Source: Promethearchaeota archaeon (GTDB lineage: Archaea; Asgardarchaeota; Lokiarchaeia; Sigyniarchaeales; SOKP01). Taken from it: 64,000 bases of DNA. Numbering within the stretch: position 1 is the stretch's first letter; every line of letters begins with the position of its first letter. Positions 10,588-20,480 of the stretch are shown piece after piece. The position numbers and the translations under genes are program-made. The notes under the pieces were generated by a model. That model was not told where the DNA came from and ran no database searches. It saw only the letters and a program-made list of their open reading frames with translations. The stretch covers positions 107,784 to 171,783 of the forward strand of contig JBHLMQ010000002.1 in NCBI GenBank assembly GCA_048938005.1. The letters run 5' to 3'.

Positions 10588-11709
10588 ATGGGAAATTTAA
10601 CAGTTGTACTAGATATTGGTCAATTTAGTACCAAAATTGGATTCGCAGGAGAGGATAGTCCCTCACAAGTCTTTCTAACGATGGTTGGAAAACCAAAATA
10701 TCAAAGTGTGGGTGCCAATTATGAATCTAAGGCTTCTCGTGAAAATGAAATATATGTAGGTGACGAAATTCAATCTATTGGATTATATAAAATTTTTCAT
10801 CCTATCGAAAAAGGAATTGTTATTGATTGGAATCATTTTGAGAATATTATTGATTACATTTTCTATAATCTAAGAGTAGATCCTACACTTGTTAATATCT
10901 TATTTGCTGTGCATCCATTATTTCCATATAAAGATTTAGAAAAAATATTTGAACTTTTTTTAGAAAAATATATGTGCATGAGTTTTTATCCTGTACTAGA
11001 TTCCATGTTAACTTTATACTCAGGCGGTTTCCAAACGGGATTAATTATAGAAATTGGAGATAGTAATACAAGAATAGTTCCGATTTATGAAGGATATAAA
11101 TTAGAACATGCAGTAAGGATTTTGGATATTGGTGGAAGAGTGTTAACTCGTCATATGGAACAGACTCTAGAATCTATTGGATGGTCTGTTGATTCTTCAA
11201 TACGAAGAGAGTTGGTAAGGGTTTTAAAAGAAAAATCATGTTTTGTCTCATTAGATTATAATGAAGATCTAAAGCGAAGTGAACAATATGAGAAGGAATA
11301 TTCTTTACCTGATGGTTCTACAATCTCACTTAATAAAGAAAGATTTATTGTACCGGAATTATTGTTTAAGCCATCATCAGAATTAGAAGAAGATGCATTA
11401 CATGTAGCTATTATGGATGTAATTGAAGCGTGTGATTTAGACATTCGTCCGGAATTGTTGAATAACATCTTTTTATCGGGTGGGTCCAGTATGTTTCCAA
11501 ATTTAAAATCTCGCATTTATCAAGAATTAGAATTGGAATTAGCACGAAGAAAGAAAAAAGATCAAGTGATCAGAATAATAGCACCGATGGAAAGAACCTT
11601 TTCTGTATGGATTGGTGGATCAATCTTAGCGATGATCCCGGAATTTTCCCAAAATTGGATTACTCGCGCTAAGTATTTTAATGAAGGGATACCACCTAAT
11701 TTACTATGA
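10588..11709 (+). CDS. Actin-related protein (divergent Asgard actin/Arp)
   Basis: Collinear with actin: KIGFAGEDSP, YVGDE, VPIYEGY, LPDG, LSGGSSMFP, FSVWIGGSILA. Confidence 0.97.
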   Translation: MGNLTVVLDIGQFSTKIGFAGEDSPSQVFLTMVGKPKYQSVGANYESKASRENEIYVGDEIQSIGLYKIFHPIEKGIVIDWNHFENIIDYIFYNLRVDPTLVNILFAVHPLFPYKDLEKIFELFLEKYMCMSFYPVLDSMLTLYSGGFQTGLIIEIGDSNTRIVPIYEGYKLEHAVRILDIGGRVLTRHMEQTLESIGWSVDSSIRRELVRVLKEKSCFVSLDYNEDLKRSEQYEKEYSLPDGSTISLNKERFIVPELLFKPSSELEEDALHVAIMDVIEACDLDIRPELLNNIFLSGGSSMFPNLKSRIYQELELELARRKKKDQVIRIIAPMERTFSVWIGGSILAMIPEFSQNWITRAKYFNEGIPPNLL

Positions 11710-11828
11710 TATATCCTATCTTAATTTTTTAGAATATCCAGATAATATTAAGATAATATAATTTGTTAAATAAGAATTCTCAATATTAATTCATATTATA
11801 ACCACTCCTTTTAAAGGTAAATTAGAAA

Positions 11829-12167
11829 ATGGAAAATTTTGGTGAAGATAGGTTTTATAAACCGAGCTATTCACTTTTATTTAACAAAATTAAAGATATC
11901 AAAACCCCAATAAAAAATGAAATATTAATCGCTCTTCTTGATGGGCAATGGCATTCTGAATTGGAATTAATAAGAGTTACTAAAAAACAACATGTATTTG
12001 TCGGAGCTGTAACTTTAGGGACAATGATTCACGTATTAAATCATACTATTAAAAATAATTATCTTCAAAAAAAGATTGTAAATGGTAAAATGTATTATAA
12101 GTTGAACGATAATTATGTTGGATTAACAAGAGCAGCATATAGATTCGATGCAAACGATTTTCTTTAA
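11829..12167 (+). CDS. Small winged-helix protein
   Basis: EILIALLDGQWHSELELIR...YLQKKIVNGKMYYKL fits a wHTH pattern. Confidence 0.6.
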   Translation: MENFGEDRFYKPSYSLLFNKIKDIKTPIKNEILIALLDGQWHSELELIRVTKKQHVFVGAVTLGTMIHVLNHTIKNNYLQKKIVNGKMYYKLNDNYVGLTRAAYRFDANDFL

Positions 12168-12184
12168 TAATATTAAATAGCGTT

Positions 12185-14314
12185 TCATTTTTTTATGCAT
12201 TGATCTTTATAAATTTTATATTCTTCGCAATTTGAACAAAATTTGGAACGATTCTCATTCCAGCATTTAGGACATAAATAATAAGTAAATGATTTATTAC
12301 TTTTTTTAAGACTAACTTTAAAAATATTAAAATTACAAATAGAACAGGTAGAATTTAATAATTCTAATTTTCCATTCTTAGGTAAAGACAAAAATTTATT
12401 ACAGTTTTTATCAGAACAAACTAAGAATCTTTTATTTTTAATATTAATGAATTTCATTTGATTTTTATTACAAAATGGACAATTTGAAGATGTGAGTGGG
12501 ATTGTATAATCAATCTTATAATTATCAACTTTAGAAACTAATGTGTGTTTATTTATTAGGAACTTATCAAATAGTTGTAAAAATTCTTTTCTTGTCTCAT
12601 CTACAACATCCTTCATATTTTTTTTCTCATTTTTAATTTCTTCAAGTTTTATTTCCACCCTTTTAGTAAAGTCTGGTTTTAAAAATGGTAACCATATTTC
12701 AATTAAATTTTCAATAATAAATTTACCTAGATCCGTTATAATATAATGAAATTTTATTCTTTCTGTTAATTCACGAGTTTTTAATAATTTTATTATTATT
12801 GGTCGAGTTGCTTTAGTGCCTAGGTGATTTCTTTCCATTAGTTTTAGCAATGTTGGATCAGTATACCTAGGAGGGGGTTTTGTTTCTTTTTGGATAAATA
12901 ATATCTCCTTTATTGGGATTTTATCACCAATGATTTGGATTTCTTCATCGTATTTCGGTTTAAGAAAAGGGGCAATTTCTAAAAATCCTGGAGAGATTAG
13001 TGATACAACTTGAGCAATAAATGGCTCCTCTTTAATTAGGATTTTTAAGAACTGTTTTGATTCCAAAGCTTCTTCTCCAAAAAGCGCAAGATAATGACGA
13101 GCAAGAAGATCATAGACTCTTTTTTGTAAATTGTTTTCGAATCTTGAACTATTTAGCTCTAAACTTTCAAGAGGAGTGATAGGGGGGTGGTCTCCCATAT
13201 CTCTCTTTCCTTTGGTAGGCTTTATTCTCTTATTTTTTAATAAATCTATAGTATAGTTCTTAAACTGAGTATGTAAAGTAAATTTTTGTAAAATTTCACG
13301 ATGATTAAAATCTGATTTATAAACATCACTATCAGTTCTAGGGTAAGAAATTATTTTATTCAAATACAAAGCATTCATGGTGCGCATTGCCACATTTGCT
13401 GAAATTCTTAAATTTTTTGTTAACAGAACTAAAGCTTTTGATGTATTCAATGGAGTTGGTGGAGACCTTTTAATTACATCTTTGGAATTATCAATAATCC
13501 TTGCTATTTTTTCATTTTTAATTTTTTGAAAAATTTGTCTTGCTTCTACTTCTTGTTGTTTTTTGAAAGGATTAAGTTGATGATGCGCTCTAAAAACACC
13601 ACTTTCGTGAAATAAATCAGCATCAATTAGAAAATAAGGTTCTGGAATAAAATTTAAAATCTCTTGTTCTCTAAGATATATTAAATATAAAAGACAGGTC
13701 TGGACGCGACCAATTGAAGTAAACCTTACTCTAAATTTATTTAATAATGGGCGTAGAGTATTTGTTAGTTCTCTAGTAGCTGAAAATCCAATAAATGCAT
13801 CAATAATTGATCTTGCTTCTCCTGATTCACCCCAACTATATTTAGGTATTATTAGATTATTAAATTTATTTATTATTTCATTTTTTTGAAGGGAACTAAG
13901 CCATAATTGCGATATTTGTATATTTGGATTTGCTTGTCTTACAAATGGAAGTGCATCAAATAATCCAATATTACACCCTTCAATATCAGCATCAGTTCCT
14001 ATGATACAATGATCACACTTTTTCGCATATTCTTTAACTGCTTTAATATATTGTCCCAAACCACTGATTTGGAATTTCTTAATGGATTTCGGATTTGTTA
14101 TTATTTCTCGCGGAGGAGGGTTTGCCCAACTTTTAAAAGCATCAGTATTTCTATATTCGAGGAGATGGCCACGTAAAGGAATTACAAAGATATTTTTTGA
14201 ATTAATCCAATATATATTTAATGATTTTGTTTTTTTAATTGTTTTGACTTGCCCTAATGCATTTGCTATAGCTTCTGCGGCCTTGTTTTTTTCAGTAATA
14301 ATTAATGTTGCCAT
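12185..14314 (-). CDS. topA: Type IA DNA topoisomerase with C-terminal zinc ribbons
   Basis: LIITEK, GTDADIEG, SIGRVQT, ISYPRTDS (catalytic Tyr), DHPPITP, LGTKATR and C-terminal CxxC pairs. Confidence 0.95.
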   Translation of the reverse strand: MATLIITEKNKAAEAIANALGQVKTIKKTKSLNIYWINSKNIFVIPLRGHLLEYRNTDAFKSWANPPPREIITNPKSIKKFQISGLGQYIKAVKEYAKKCDHCIIGTDADIEGCNIGLFDALPFVRQANPNIQISQLWLSSLQKNEIINKFNNLIIPKYSWGESGEARSIIDAFIGFSATRELTNTLRPLLNKFRVRFTSIGRVQTCLLYLIYLREQEILNFIPEPYFLIDADLFHESGVFRAHHQLNPFKKQQEVEARQIFQKIKNEKIARIIDNSKDVIKRSPPTPLNTSKALVLLTKNLRISANVAMRTMNALYLNKIISYPRTDSDVYKSDFNHREILQKFTLHTQFKNYTIDLLKNKRIKPTKGKRDMGDHPPITPLESLELNSSRFENNLQKRVYDLLARHYLALFGEEALESKQFLKILIKEEPFIAQVVSLISPGFLEIAPFLKPKYDEEIQIIGDKIPIKEILFIQKETKPPPRYTDPTLLKLMERNHLGTKATRPIIIKLLKTRELTERIKFHYIITDLGKFIIENLIEIWLPFLKPDFTKRVEIKLEEIKNEKKNMKDVVDETRKEFLQLFDKFLINKHTLVSKVDNYKIDYTIPLTSSNCPFCNKNQMKFINIKNKRFLVCSDKNCNKFLSLPKNGKLELLNSTCSICNFNIFKVSLKKSNKSFTYYLCPKCWNENRSKFCSNCEEYKIYKDQCIKK

Positions 14315-14505
14315 TTGACTTTTTGAACTTAGAAAAGAATACTTTAATTTAATCTCTGAAAAAGCAATAATATTTCATAACAGATAAATAAATTTCTGGT
14401 TATTATTAAAGAAAAATTAACTACTATAGAATTTTAATTATTATATTACAATTTAAGGTTTTGATAGTTTTTAGAAAACTGAAATTAAAAATATTATATA
14501 ATAAC

Positions 14506-17500
14506 TTAAATTGGTAATGTAAAGGTAAATGTTGAGCCTTTATTTTGCCCTTCCGAACTTGCCCAAATTTTACCTCCATGAGCATTAACAATTCCTTTAG
14601 TAATATACAAACCTAAACCAGTCCCTGCATCCTTAATATTAAGATCTTCATTTAGATTTGATGGCATAATTCTTTCAAATTTTTTAAATAACCTTTCAAT
14701 TTCATCTTTGGCTAACCCAATTCCATTATCTTTTATTTCAAAGACATATTCATTATCCTCTTTTTTTGCAGAAATCTCTATCCATCTATAGTCAGGAGAA
14801 AATTTAATCGCATTTGAAATCAAGTTAGTAAAAACCGCAAAAATACGCGTAGGATCTACATTCAACATGATTTCATGTTCAATATTTAAAATTATCTCAA
14901 GATTCTTTTCATTGATTAAATAACTCAACTCATCAAGACAATCATTGATAATTTTGGTGACATTTATTAATTCCTTCTGCAATTTTAATTCCTCTTCATC
15001 AATTTTCAAGACATCTAAAAGCTGATCCATTAAAACTTCTAATCTTTTAATATTTCTCTGGATGGTTATTAAATCCTGTGTAACTTCAAGATTTAATTGG
15101 TTCCTATATTTCATAAGGATATAATCTGTGTATCCTGAAATTGAAATTAATGGTGTTTTTAATTCATGTGCTGCCATTGTTATAAAATCATTTTTGACTT
15201 TGTCAAGTTTTTTCAATTCAATATTCTGTTCTCTTAATTTCTTCTCAGACTCTAATAATTCTTGTTCTAATCTGAATTTTTCTGTAATATCAGAAAAAGT
15301 TCCTTCAATTACCATAGGATTATTATTATCATCTCTTATAAGATGCGCATTTACTTGTACAACAATATTCTCTCCATTTTTCTTTTTTAAAGGTACGATG
15401 TAATTGCGAATTACTCCGTTTTTTTCTAATTGTCTTCTATATTTTTCATGATCCTTCGGTTTTTGCCAAGAGAATGGAGGCGGTTGTCCAATTAGATTTT
15501 CACGGAGATCATATCCCGCTATTTTACAAAATGCTGGATTATGATATAATAGATTTCCTTCCCATTGTGCCATATAGTATCCTTCATCCAAATTGGTTAT
15601 CATATTTCTGAAGTTTTCCTCAGATTCTATAAGTTGATTTTCCATTTTCTTGTTTTCAGTGATATCCCGTATAATCGTTATTACTTGGCTTACTTTATTC
15701 TCGCTAAAGATTGGAATTTTCCGAGTTTCAGTAAAAATTTCGATATAATTTAAAGTAATACTCCCTTCAGTAAGAAGGGTCTCCCCGCTATTAAAAACAT
15801 GTTCGTACTCGTCCCGAACTTTATCAGGTAAAAATGGAAATGCTTCAAAAACATTCTGACCAACAAGTTCTTTATCAATATCTAAATTCATGAGCCAAGA
15901 GCTAAAGGCAGAGTTGGATAAAATAATATTTAAATCTCTATCGACAACATGTAGAGGATCACTTAATGAATTAATTGTAGTACGATATTGCTGTTCAGAT
16001 TCTATTAGATCTTTTGTCCGCTCTAGTACCTTCTGCTCTAATTCTCTATTTAATTTTTTTAATTCTTCTTGCGATTTCTTTAATTCTTGATCAGCAATTT
16101 TTTTCTCTGTAACATCTTGTATTATTACCTGAAAAAAAGTTTCATCACCAATTTCAACTAGAGAATCATTTATACCTATCCACATTAATTTTCCATCTTT
16201 CGATCTAGAAATTTGAACCTCAAGTGGTTCTGGGACTATACCTTTTAAGACAATTTGGTATCTTTCTTTAAAAAGAGGTAAAACCTTTTCAGGTTTTATG
16301 CCTATATCTAAGAAATTTTGGTTGATTATTTCCTCAATTTTCCTATTAAAGAATTTTTCAGTAGCAGGATTACAATCTATTATTTTTCCTTTTCTATCAA
16401 CTAAAATAATTGAATATGGGGAACTTTCGAATAAATGACGATATTTTGTTTCTGATTCTTTTATCTTCTGCTCAGCATTTTTCTTTTCAGTAATATCCTG
16501 AATTATAGCCTGAGTAAGGGTTTTATCTCCAATTTTAACCAAGGAACTATGGATAGACAACCAAATTTTTGTCCCATTAACTCTTGTGAGTTGAAATTCT
16601 AAGGGTCCTAATCTCTCACCTTTTAAAAATCGCTTAAATCGATCTTTCAATATATTTATGAGATATTCAGATCTTTTGAGAACTGATAAAACTTCTGAAA
16701 ATTTTTTTCCAATTAGATCTTTAATTTCTAAAACAGAGAGTAAATCACTCATAATTGAATTACAATCAATTATAATTCCTTCTTCATCCATAAGCCATAT
16801 ACTATATGGTGAACTCTCAAATAAATGACGATACTTAATTTCAGATTCCTTTATTTTTTCTTCGAGAGAGAATTTTTCAGTAATATTTCGTGCTAAACCA
16901 CTAAATCCAATTTTTTTTCCATCTAAATCGTATCTTAAATATACCGAAGATTCACATGTTACTAAATCTCCACTTTTATTTCGAAATTGGTATTGGAAAT
17001 CTGACTCTGGTTGCTCTGTTTCATATACAATTCGATATACTTCAAAAATCTTATTTTTATTTTCTTCATCTACAAAAGTCTGAAAGTTCATTCCTAACAA
17101 TTCATTTCTTGGAGTTCCTTGAAGTTCACATAGGGCATCATTAAAAAAGGTGAAATTTCCATTCAGATCAACTTCAAAGTAACTTTCTTTAATATTTTCA
17201 AGTATTCCCCGATATTTTTCTTCAGATTCTTTTAATTTTTGTTCTGCAATTTTACGCATTGTAATATCTTCATAGGTAACGAGTATCCCCATTACTTTCC
17301 CCCTTGAATCATGTAATGGAATTCTGTTAATCTCAAAACAAGTCTGCTCACCTTTTGAAGTAATTAATGATTCGATAACATTATATTCGGGAGTATCATT
17401 TTTCATAATTTCAGCTTCCCTATCTTGAATTATTTTGCCAGGATCCTTAAGCCAAATTAGATCTTTATCAGTTCTTCCAATAATATTCGTAGGCTCTTTT

Positions 17501-18078
17501 ATTCTATTTAAAAGAGCAAAATTCTTATTGCATCCCATATAGACCAAGTTTCTATCTTTCCAATAGATGAGTTGAGGTATATTATCCAGTATTAATTCCA
17601 ACATTTCTCTTGTTTTCTGCACAAAAGTTTTTCCTTCTCTTGTTTGAAGAAGTTTCCAAAATTGTATCTCTGGTAAAGAATCTGCTAATTCATCGAAGCG
17701 AGCGTGACTTTTATTTAAATCAAATTCAAATTTTTTAAACTTGGTAATATCCCTACAGATTAAGAACACTTTTTTAGCATTATCTTCATAATCTATGAAA
17801 CTTTTTCCCTTAATTTCAAACCATCTAAATGGATTATTATCATATTTGATTTGAGCTTCTCCCATTCCATGACCAAATTTGAATATATCTTTTATTAATG
17901 TTATTACTCGTTTGAGATCCTCTAGACGAATAAAATCATCAATTTTTTTCTTTTCGGTAAAAGCTTGAAAATTAGTATATTCACATCGGTTCTTATCATT
18001 TAGGATAAATATAAGATCATCAATATTTTCAGAGAAAATCTGACCAATTTTACTGTGACTTTTAAACGTGCTTGTCAT
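14506..18078 (-). CDS. Cytoplasmic multi-PAS sensor histidine kinase
   Basis: About 7 PAS/PAC repeats (ESE.KYR...DITE), HisKA AHELKTPL, NLISNAIKF, DNGIG, GTGLGLY. Confidence 0.95.
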   Translation of the reverse strand: MTSTFKSHSKIGQIFSENIDDLIFILNDKNRCEYTNFQAFTEKKKIDDFIRLEDLKRVITLIKDIFKFGHGMGEAQIKYDNNPFRWFEIKGKSFIDYEDNAKKVFLICRDITKFKKFEFDLNKSHARFDELADSLPEIQFWKLLQTREGKTFVQKTREMLELILDNIPQLIYWKDRNLVYMGCNKNFALLNRIKEPTNIIGRTDKDLIWLKDPGKIIQDREAEIMKNDTPEYNVIESLITSKGEQTCFEINRIPLHDSRGKVMGILVTYEDITMRKIAEQKLKESEEKYRGILENIKESYFEVDLNGNFTFFNDALCELQGTPRNELLGMNFQTFVDEENKNKIFEVYRIVYETEQPESDFQYQFRNKSGDLVTCESSVYLRYDLDGKKIGFSGLARNITEKFSLEEKIKESEIKYRHLFESSPYSIWLMDEEGIIIDCNSIMSDLLSVLEIKDLIGKKFSEVLSVLKRSEYLINILKDRFKRFLKGERLGPLEFQLTRVNGTKIWLSIHSSLVKIGDKTLTQAIIQDITEKKNAEQKIKESETKYRHLFESSPYSIILVDRKGKIIDCNPATEKFFNRKIEEIINQNFLDIGIKPEKVLPLFKERYQIVLKGIVPEPLEVQISRSKDGKLMWIGINDSLVEIGDETFFQVIIQDVTEKKIADQELKKSQEELKKLNRELEQKVLERTKDLIESEQQYRTTINSLSDPLHVVDRDLNIILSNSAFSSWLMNLDIDKELVGQNVFEAFPFLPDKVRDEYEHVFNSGETLLTEGSITLNYIEIFTETRKIPIFSENKVSQVITIIRDITENKKMENQLIESEENFRNMITNLDEGYYMAQWEGNLLYHNPAFCKIAGYDLRENLIGQPPPFSWQKPKDHEKYRRQLEKNGVIRNYIVPLKKKNGENIVVQVNAHLIRDDNNNPMVIEGTFSDITEKFRLEQELLESEKKLREQNIELKKLDKVKNDFITMAAHELKTPLISISGYTDYILMKYRNQLNLEVTQDLITIQRNIKRLEVLMDQLLDVLKIDEEELKLQKELINVTKIINDCLDELSYLINEKNLEIILNIEHEIMLNVDPTRIFAVFTNLISNAIKFSPDYRWIEISAKKEDNEYVFEIKDNGIGLAKDEIERLFKKFERIMPSNLNEDLNIKDAGTGLGLYITKGIVNAHGGKIWASSEGQNKGSTFTFTLPI

Positions 18079-18365
18079 CTTTAATGATTACCCCATTTAA
18101 CTTTTTAGGATTTAAATCATACAATAGTAAAAGAGAAAATTAACATTTTCCTATTATAAAAATTGGAAAAGTAAAATATAATTTTTATCTATTTAGAATT
18201 TTTGGTGATATTATATATAAGCTACTCTAAGAAAAATTATCTCTCTATGGATTAATTTCTAATATTTTACTATAGAAAGAATTTAGCATTCTTAAATAAC
18301 TATTTAGTAAATTCATGTTATTTATAAGAAGAACCTAAAGAATAAGTTAATGAATTATTATTATT

Positions 18366-18848
18366 TTAATCCTTAATTTTAAATATTTCTTGGACTGATT
18401 TATTTCTCTCTCTTTCAATTATCTCCTTCCAATTTGGTTCTATTATATTGAAAGCTTTTAGTGTCAATTCTTTTATATCATCATCAGAAGAATCTAATAA
18501 AGGGCCAAGATATGCTAAAGCTCTTCTATCTTTAATTCTTGTCAAACTTTCAATTATATATATTATTCTGTATTTATCTGGATTGTATTTCTCTTGTTCC
18601 TCTTTAAGGAATTCTATAATTCTTAATGTTGCTCTCCCGTCTCTAATTCTTCCTAAAGCCTCTATTATTTTATTGATTACCATATGATCTTTTTCAGATC
18701 TGAGAGCTCTACAAAGTAAATTTGTTGCTCTTCCATCTTTCAATAATCCAAGTTGTCGGGCAGCTTCAGCTCTTTTCTGCCATTCATCATCATGAAAGAG
18801 TTGTCTTATTAAGGTGTTAAATTCTCTATTCTTTTCATGCCAATTCAT
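18366..18848 (-). CDS. HEAT/PBS-lyase repeat protein
   Basis: RAEAARQLGLLKDGRA, IEALGRIRDGRA and IESLTRIKDRRA repeats. Confidence 0.9.
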   Translation of the reverse strand: MNWHEKNREFNTLIRQLFHDDEWQKRAEAARQLGLLKDGRATNLLCRALRSEKDHMVINKIIEALGRIRDGRATLRIIEFLKEEQEKYNPDKYRIIYIIESLTRIKDRRALAYLGPLLDSSDDDIKELTLKAFNIIEPNWKEIIERERNKSVQEIFKIKD

Positions 18849-18945
18849 AATTTAAGAATAAAATTATAATAATTATTTTATAATTTGATGATTATAGAAT
18901 ATAAAACTCTAATAAATAGATAATTAACTCAATAAAAAGTAATTT

Positions 18946-20274
18946 TTATTTATTTAAAAGAGAATTCATATGATCAATTCGTTTTTGTAATAATTTTCGT
19001 GTACCTACATCCTTTCTATGAAATAAATTACCTTTAATACACTCTACTCCTGCTTCAGCAATCTTTTCAGCTTCTTCTAATGAATTTGCAATTCCCAATA
19101 CTCCAATTGCTCTTGAAGTTGTAGTATATATCTTTTCTCCTTCTCTATAAACTGAAGCATAATAATATTTTGCTCCTGTCTTATCAATTTTCTCTTTATT
19201 TATTTGAACAGATTCATCCTTTTTGGGATTAACAGGATATCCTTCTGGAGCTAAATATTTGCACACAGTTGCCTTATTTTCAAATTTAAAGTTATGAGAT
19301 AATTTTCCATCTATGATCGACCAGCAAATGTCCACAAAATTTCCATTAAGGAGAGGTAAAACATTCATAGCCTCAGGGTCGCCCCATCGAGAATTGTATT
19401 CAATTAATTTTAATCCTGTTGCAGTTTTCATGAATTGTCCATATAAAAATCCTTTATATTCTACTCCAATTTCTGTTTTTACTGCTGCGATGGTTTTTTT
19501 CATATCTTCAAGTGCTTTATTTAAATCTTCTTGAGTAATAAATGGCATAAGATGATCTTCCATAGAATAGGAACCCATCCCTCCTGTATTTGGCCCCTCA
19601 TCATCTTCATAAGCTCGTTTATGATCCTGAACTAATGGTGATCCAAGGACATTTATTCCATCAACGAAAGTTTGTAGAGTGAATTCTTCACCATCACATT
19701 TCTCTTCTAAGAGAAACCTGCTTTTTTGATTAACTAATTCTTGACAATATTTCAAAATATCTTCTTTTGAAAATAAATGATCTCCATAAACTTTTACTCC
19801 TTTACCACCAGTTAAACCCTCAGGTTTTACCACAATATTAATTTCTCCCATTTCTTCTATATAACTCTCTACTCCTTCCATTGAATTAAACATTTTACTC
19901 TTCACGTTTGATTGAATCTTATATTTTTCTAGCAGTTTTCTTGCAAAAACTTTTGATCCCTCTAACTGAGCCGCTTCAATTTTAGGTCCTACGCATGGGA
20001 ACCCCCCTTTCTCTAAAGCATCAACTATTCCAACCACTAAGGGAGCCTCAGGTCCAATTACAACAAAATCTATATTTTTTTCTTTACAAAATTCAATAAT
20101 TTGTTTAAAATCTGTTTCAGAATGAATTTTAATATCTTTACTTAGATCTTCTAATCCTGCGTTTTTAAAACTCATAAATGTAAATAGATTTGCCCCACCA
20201 TTAACAAGAGCTTCGCCAATAACATGTTCTCTCGCACCATGACCAACAATTAAGCAATTATTAACCATAATCAA
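18946..20274 (-). CDS. purD: Phosphoribosylamine--glycine ligase
   Basis: GHGAREH, VIGPEAPL, LEGSK, GGKGV, QDHKR, GPNTGGMGSY, EYNSRWGDPE. The start may be the ATG at 20268. Confidence 0.97.
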   Translation of the reverse strand: MIMVNNCLIVGHGAREHVIGEALVNGGANLFTFMSFKNAGLEDLSKDIKIHSETDFKQIIEFCKEKNIDFVVIGPEAPLVVGIVDALEKGGFPCVGPKIEAAQLEGSKVFARKLLEKYKIQSNVKSKMFNSMEGVESYIEEMGEINIVVKPEGLTGGKGVKVYGDHLFSKEDILKYCQELVNQKSRFLLEEKCDGEEFTLQTFVDGINVLGSPLVQDHKRAYEDDEGPNTGGMGSYSMEDHLMPFITQEDLNKALEDMKKTIAAVKTEIGVEYKGFLYGQFMKTATGLKLIEYNSRWGDPEAMNVLPLLNGNFVDICWSIIDGKLSHNFKFENKATVCKYLAPEGYPVNPKKDESVQINKEKIDKTGAKYYYASVYREGEKIYTTTSRAIGVLGIANSLEEAEKIAEAGVECIKGNLFHRKDVGTRKLLQKRIDHMNSLLNK

Positions 20275-20480
20275 CCAATATTGAGAATATTTTTATTTTA
20301 ATTCTTAATATTAACTAATTAGGTTTACAAATAATTTTAACCTTAATTATTAACCAAATAATTAATAACTTAACAAATCAAAGATGTAATTGAATTTTAA
20401 ATTTAGATTATTTACTAGACACTCAGAATGAATTTTAGCTTTAAAAAAAGTAAAATTATAAAATTAGTGCTTAAAGTCGT

